The position numbers were made by a program, and so were the translations under genes. A stretch of DNA of 63,038 nt, filler included, from Octopus bimaculoides (taxonomy: Eukaryota), in assembly GCF_001194135.2 (NCBI RefSeq). It is 6 parts of 5 records of this genome, joined end to end, with 100 filler letters (N's around TTAATTAATTAA, not from the genome) between each part and the next. Parts side by side here need not be neighbours in the genome. Positions count along the whole stretch, not along the records: positions 61,377 to 63,038 come from NC_068983.1; 5 more parts are not named here. The stretch is one strand, 5' to 3'. Numbering within the stretch: the stretch's first letter is position 1; every line of letters begins with the position of its first letter. This document shows, piece by piece, positions 61,383 through 63,038 of the stretch. Under the pieces are notes generated by a model. It was not told where the DNA came from and made no database searches. It saw only the letters and a list, made by a program, of their open reading frames with translations.

Positions 61383-61640
61383 TACGACGGGCTTCTTTCA
61401 GTTTCTGTCTACCAAATCCACTCACAAGTCTTTGGTCGGCCCGGGGCTATAGTAGAAGACCCTTGCCTAACGTTGCACGCAGTGGGACTGAACCCGAAAC
61501 CATGTGGTTGGGAAGCAAGCTTCTTACCACAATGCATGTATACGTCTATATGTCTTGTCTTATTGCAGTCATTAGACTGCGGCCATGTTGGGGTACTGTT
61601 TTGAAAAACTTTTAGTTGAATGAATCCACAGCAGTACTTA
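61383..61640 (-). mobile_element. SINE family B fragments (head and 3' half, from apparently two copies)
   Basis: gacgggcttctttcagtttc...ggaagcaagcttcttaccac, followed by cagtcattagactgcggccatg... Confidence 0.8.
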
Positions 61641-61656
61641 ATATTCTAAAGCCTGG

Positions 61657-61777
61657 CATGGCTTAGTGCGTCGAGCTTATGATCGTGAGGTTGTGAGTTC
61701 GAAGCCCGTAAAGGGCTGCGTGTTGTGTTCTTGAGCAAGACACTTTATTTCACGTTGCACCCATTCACTCAGCTGTG
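61657..61777 (+). mobile_element. SINE family C head
   Basis: gcatggcttagtg...gaggttgtgagttcgaagccc...gtgttgtgttcttgagcaagacactttatttcacgttgc...cactcagctg. Confidence 0.8.
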
Positions 61778-61891
61778 TGGTAAGACGCTTGCTTCCCAAC
61801 CACAGGAGAAGGAAGGAGCTGCCTCACGTGTTATGAGGTCAGCCCCAACATTACCAGTTAAGGGTAAGTAGAACCCTTGCTTTTTTGAGTA

Positions 61892-63038
61892 ATGTCTACA
61901 CTTAACCTTGGGTGTTTGAATGTGCAAGGTCTGAGTTCGAAGTGAAAGCAAGCCTGTTTCCTCGATGACCTTAGATCATACGATATGCATGTGATGGTTG
62001 CCACAGAGACCAAGCTGGAAGTCTACAAACCTTCTCACCCCTCCTGAATGGTTATGAGAAAATCATGTCTCCTAGCCAGACCGGAGGATGAGGGGGTGTA
62101 GTGGTACTGGTCCATAAAGGATTGGTTCTGCAGACAAGTACGGTCTATGTAGACCCTGGAGGTGGGCTGGTCGTCCTTGATGTGACATACAACAGTAAGG
62201 CGTTCAGGTTGATCGGGATCTATGCACCTTGTGCAAGAGGACTGATTTTTATCGGCGCCTAGAGAACTTTCTCGTGACATCGAAGACATTAGTAGTGTTA
62301 GGAGACTATAACGCTATCGTTGACGCGCGCATCGATAGCGTTGGCTCGATCCATAGGAAAGTAAACTCACGTCTCGTAGATCTGCTTAAGCGCATTCAGC
62401 TCGCAGATTGTTACAGGCTTGACCATCCGAACGTCCCAGAGTGGACCTGGACTAGTGGCGATGGAAGGCTCAAGTCTTACTTAGATAGGATAGTAATAAG
62501 AATTAGAGATAAGGCTAGTTTTAGCTGTCCACAGCTTGTCCAAGTGGCTTACACTGACCATAGACAGGACATAGATAGTACAGTTAAGAGAAGATCCGGC
62601 TACTGGAAGCTGAACAAGTCTATTTTGACTTGCGAGGCATACCGTAGCCGGATTAAGGAATTAGTACAGAGGGCGTAAACAGGCGCTGTGGTTAATAACC
62701 GGTGGTGGTTCGTCCTCAAGAGAGCCATTCGTTTTGGGTCTATTAGGTTTAGCCATCAGCTAAGCCTAGATAAGGCCAGAATAGAAGGGAAACTAGTTAA
62801 GGACCTGGAAGCGGCGTTGAGATTGGGCTCTGCATCCCACATTTTGGCAGCGAGAAAGGTCTTGGACCGTCACCTCAAAGCCAAACATAAGGGGTGCAGA
62901 GTTCGGGCTAAAGTGCGCGCATTGGGCCATGAGGGAATTAATGTTGCCGGATGGGCCCGTACGGTAGAAACCCAGCGTGGAAACGATGCTACAATTAGGT
63001 CTTTCGCTGATGACAATGGGTGTCCGGTCGATGTACGG
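61892..63038 (+). mobile_element. L1/Tx1-clade LINE ORF2 N-terminus (APE endonuclease), decayed, runs off the window
   Basis: MSTLNLGCLNVQGL (ATG at 61892), ETKL, LIGIYAP, LVVLGDYNA, WTW...SYLDRIV, TDH, GYWKLNKSIL. Confidence 0.92.

Overview
This is an AT-rich, repeat-dominated animal genomic scaffold, with many N gaps and five artificial 44N-TTAATTAATTAA-44N joins. The repeat content (abundant tRNA-derived SINEs, dense TA/CA/GA/GTA microsatellites, mariner, RTE, CR1 and Tx1 elements) suggests an octopus draft assembly; this is an inference, not proven. No prokaryote-type system, CRISPR array or intact long gene is visible. The window contains at least three SINE families (called A, B and C here) that mix shared heads and cores with different tails. 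It also holds decayed LINE fragments (CR1-like, RTE, L1/Tx1, R4/Dong-like RLE), decayed DNA transposons (two mariners, one with both TIRs; Tigger; pogo/POGK-like; Tc1-like; hATm-like) and three hAT MITEs with recognisable 8-bp TSDs. Beyond the repeats there are three less expected signals. (1) An intron-containing tRNA-Ile(UAU) gene or young pseudogene lies at 32767-32854. (2) Three phase-compatible exons at 54620-56849 encode a protein I do not recognise. (3) Two independent ~320-390 bp local inverted duplications of mostly non-repeat DNA occur at 58-392/1326-1708 and 27637-27949/29631-29985. All calls are by eye, without database searches, and most boundaries are approximate.
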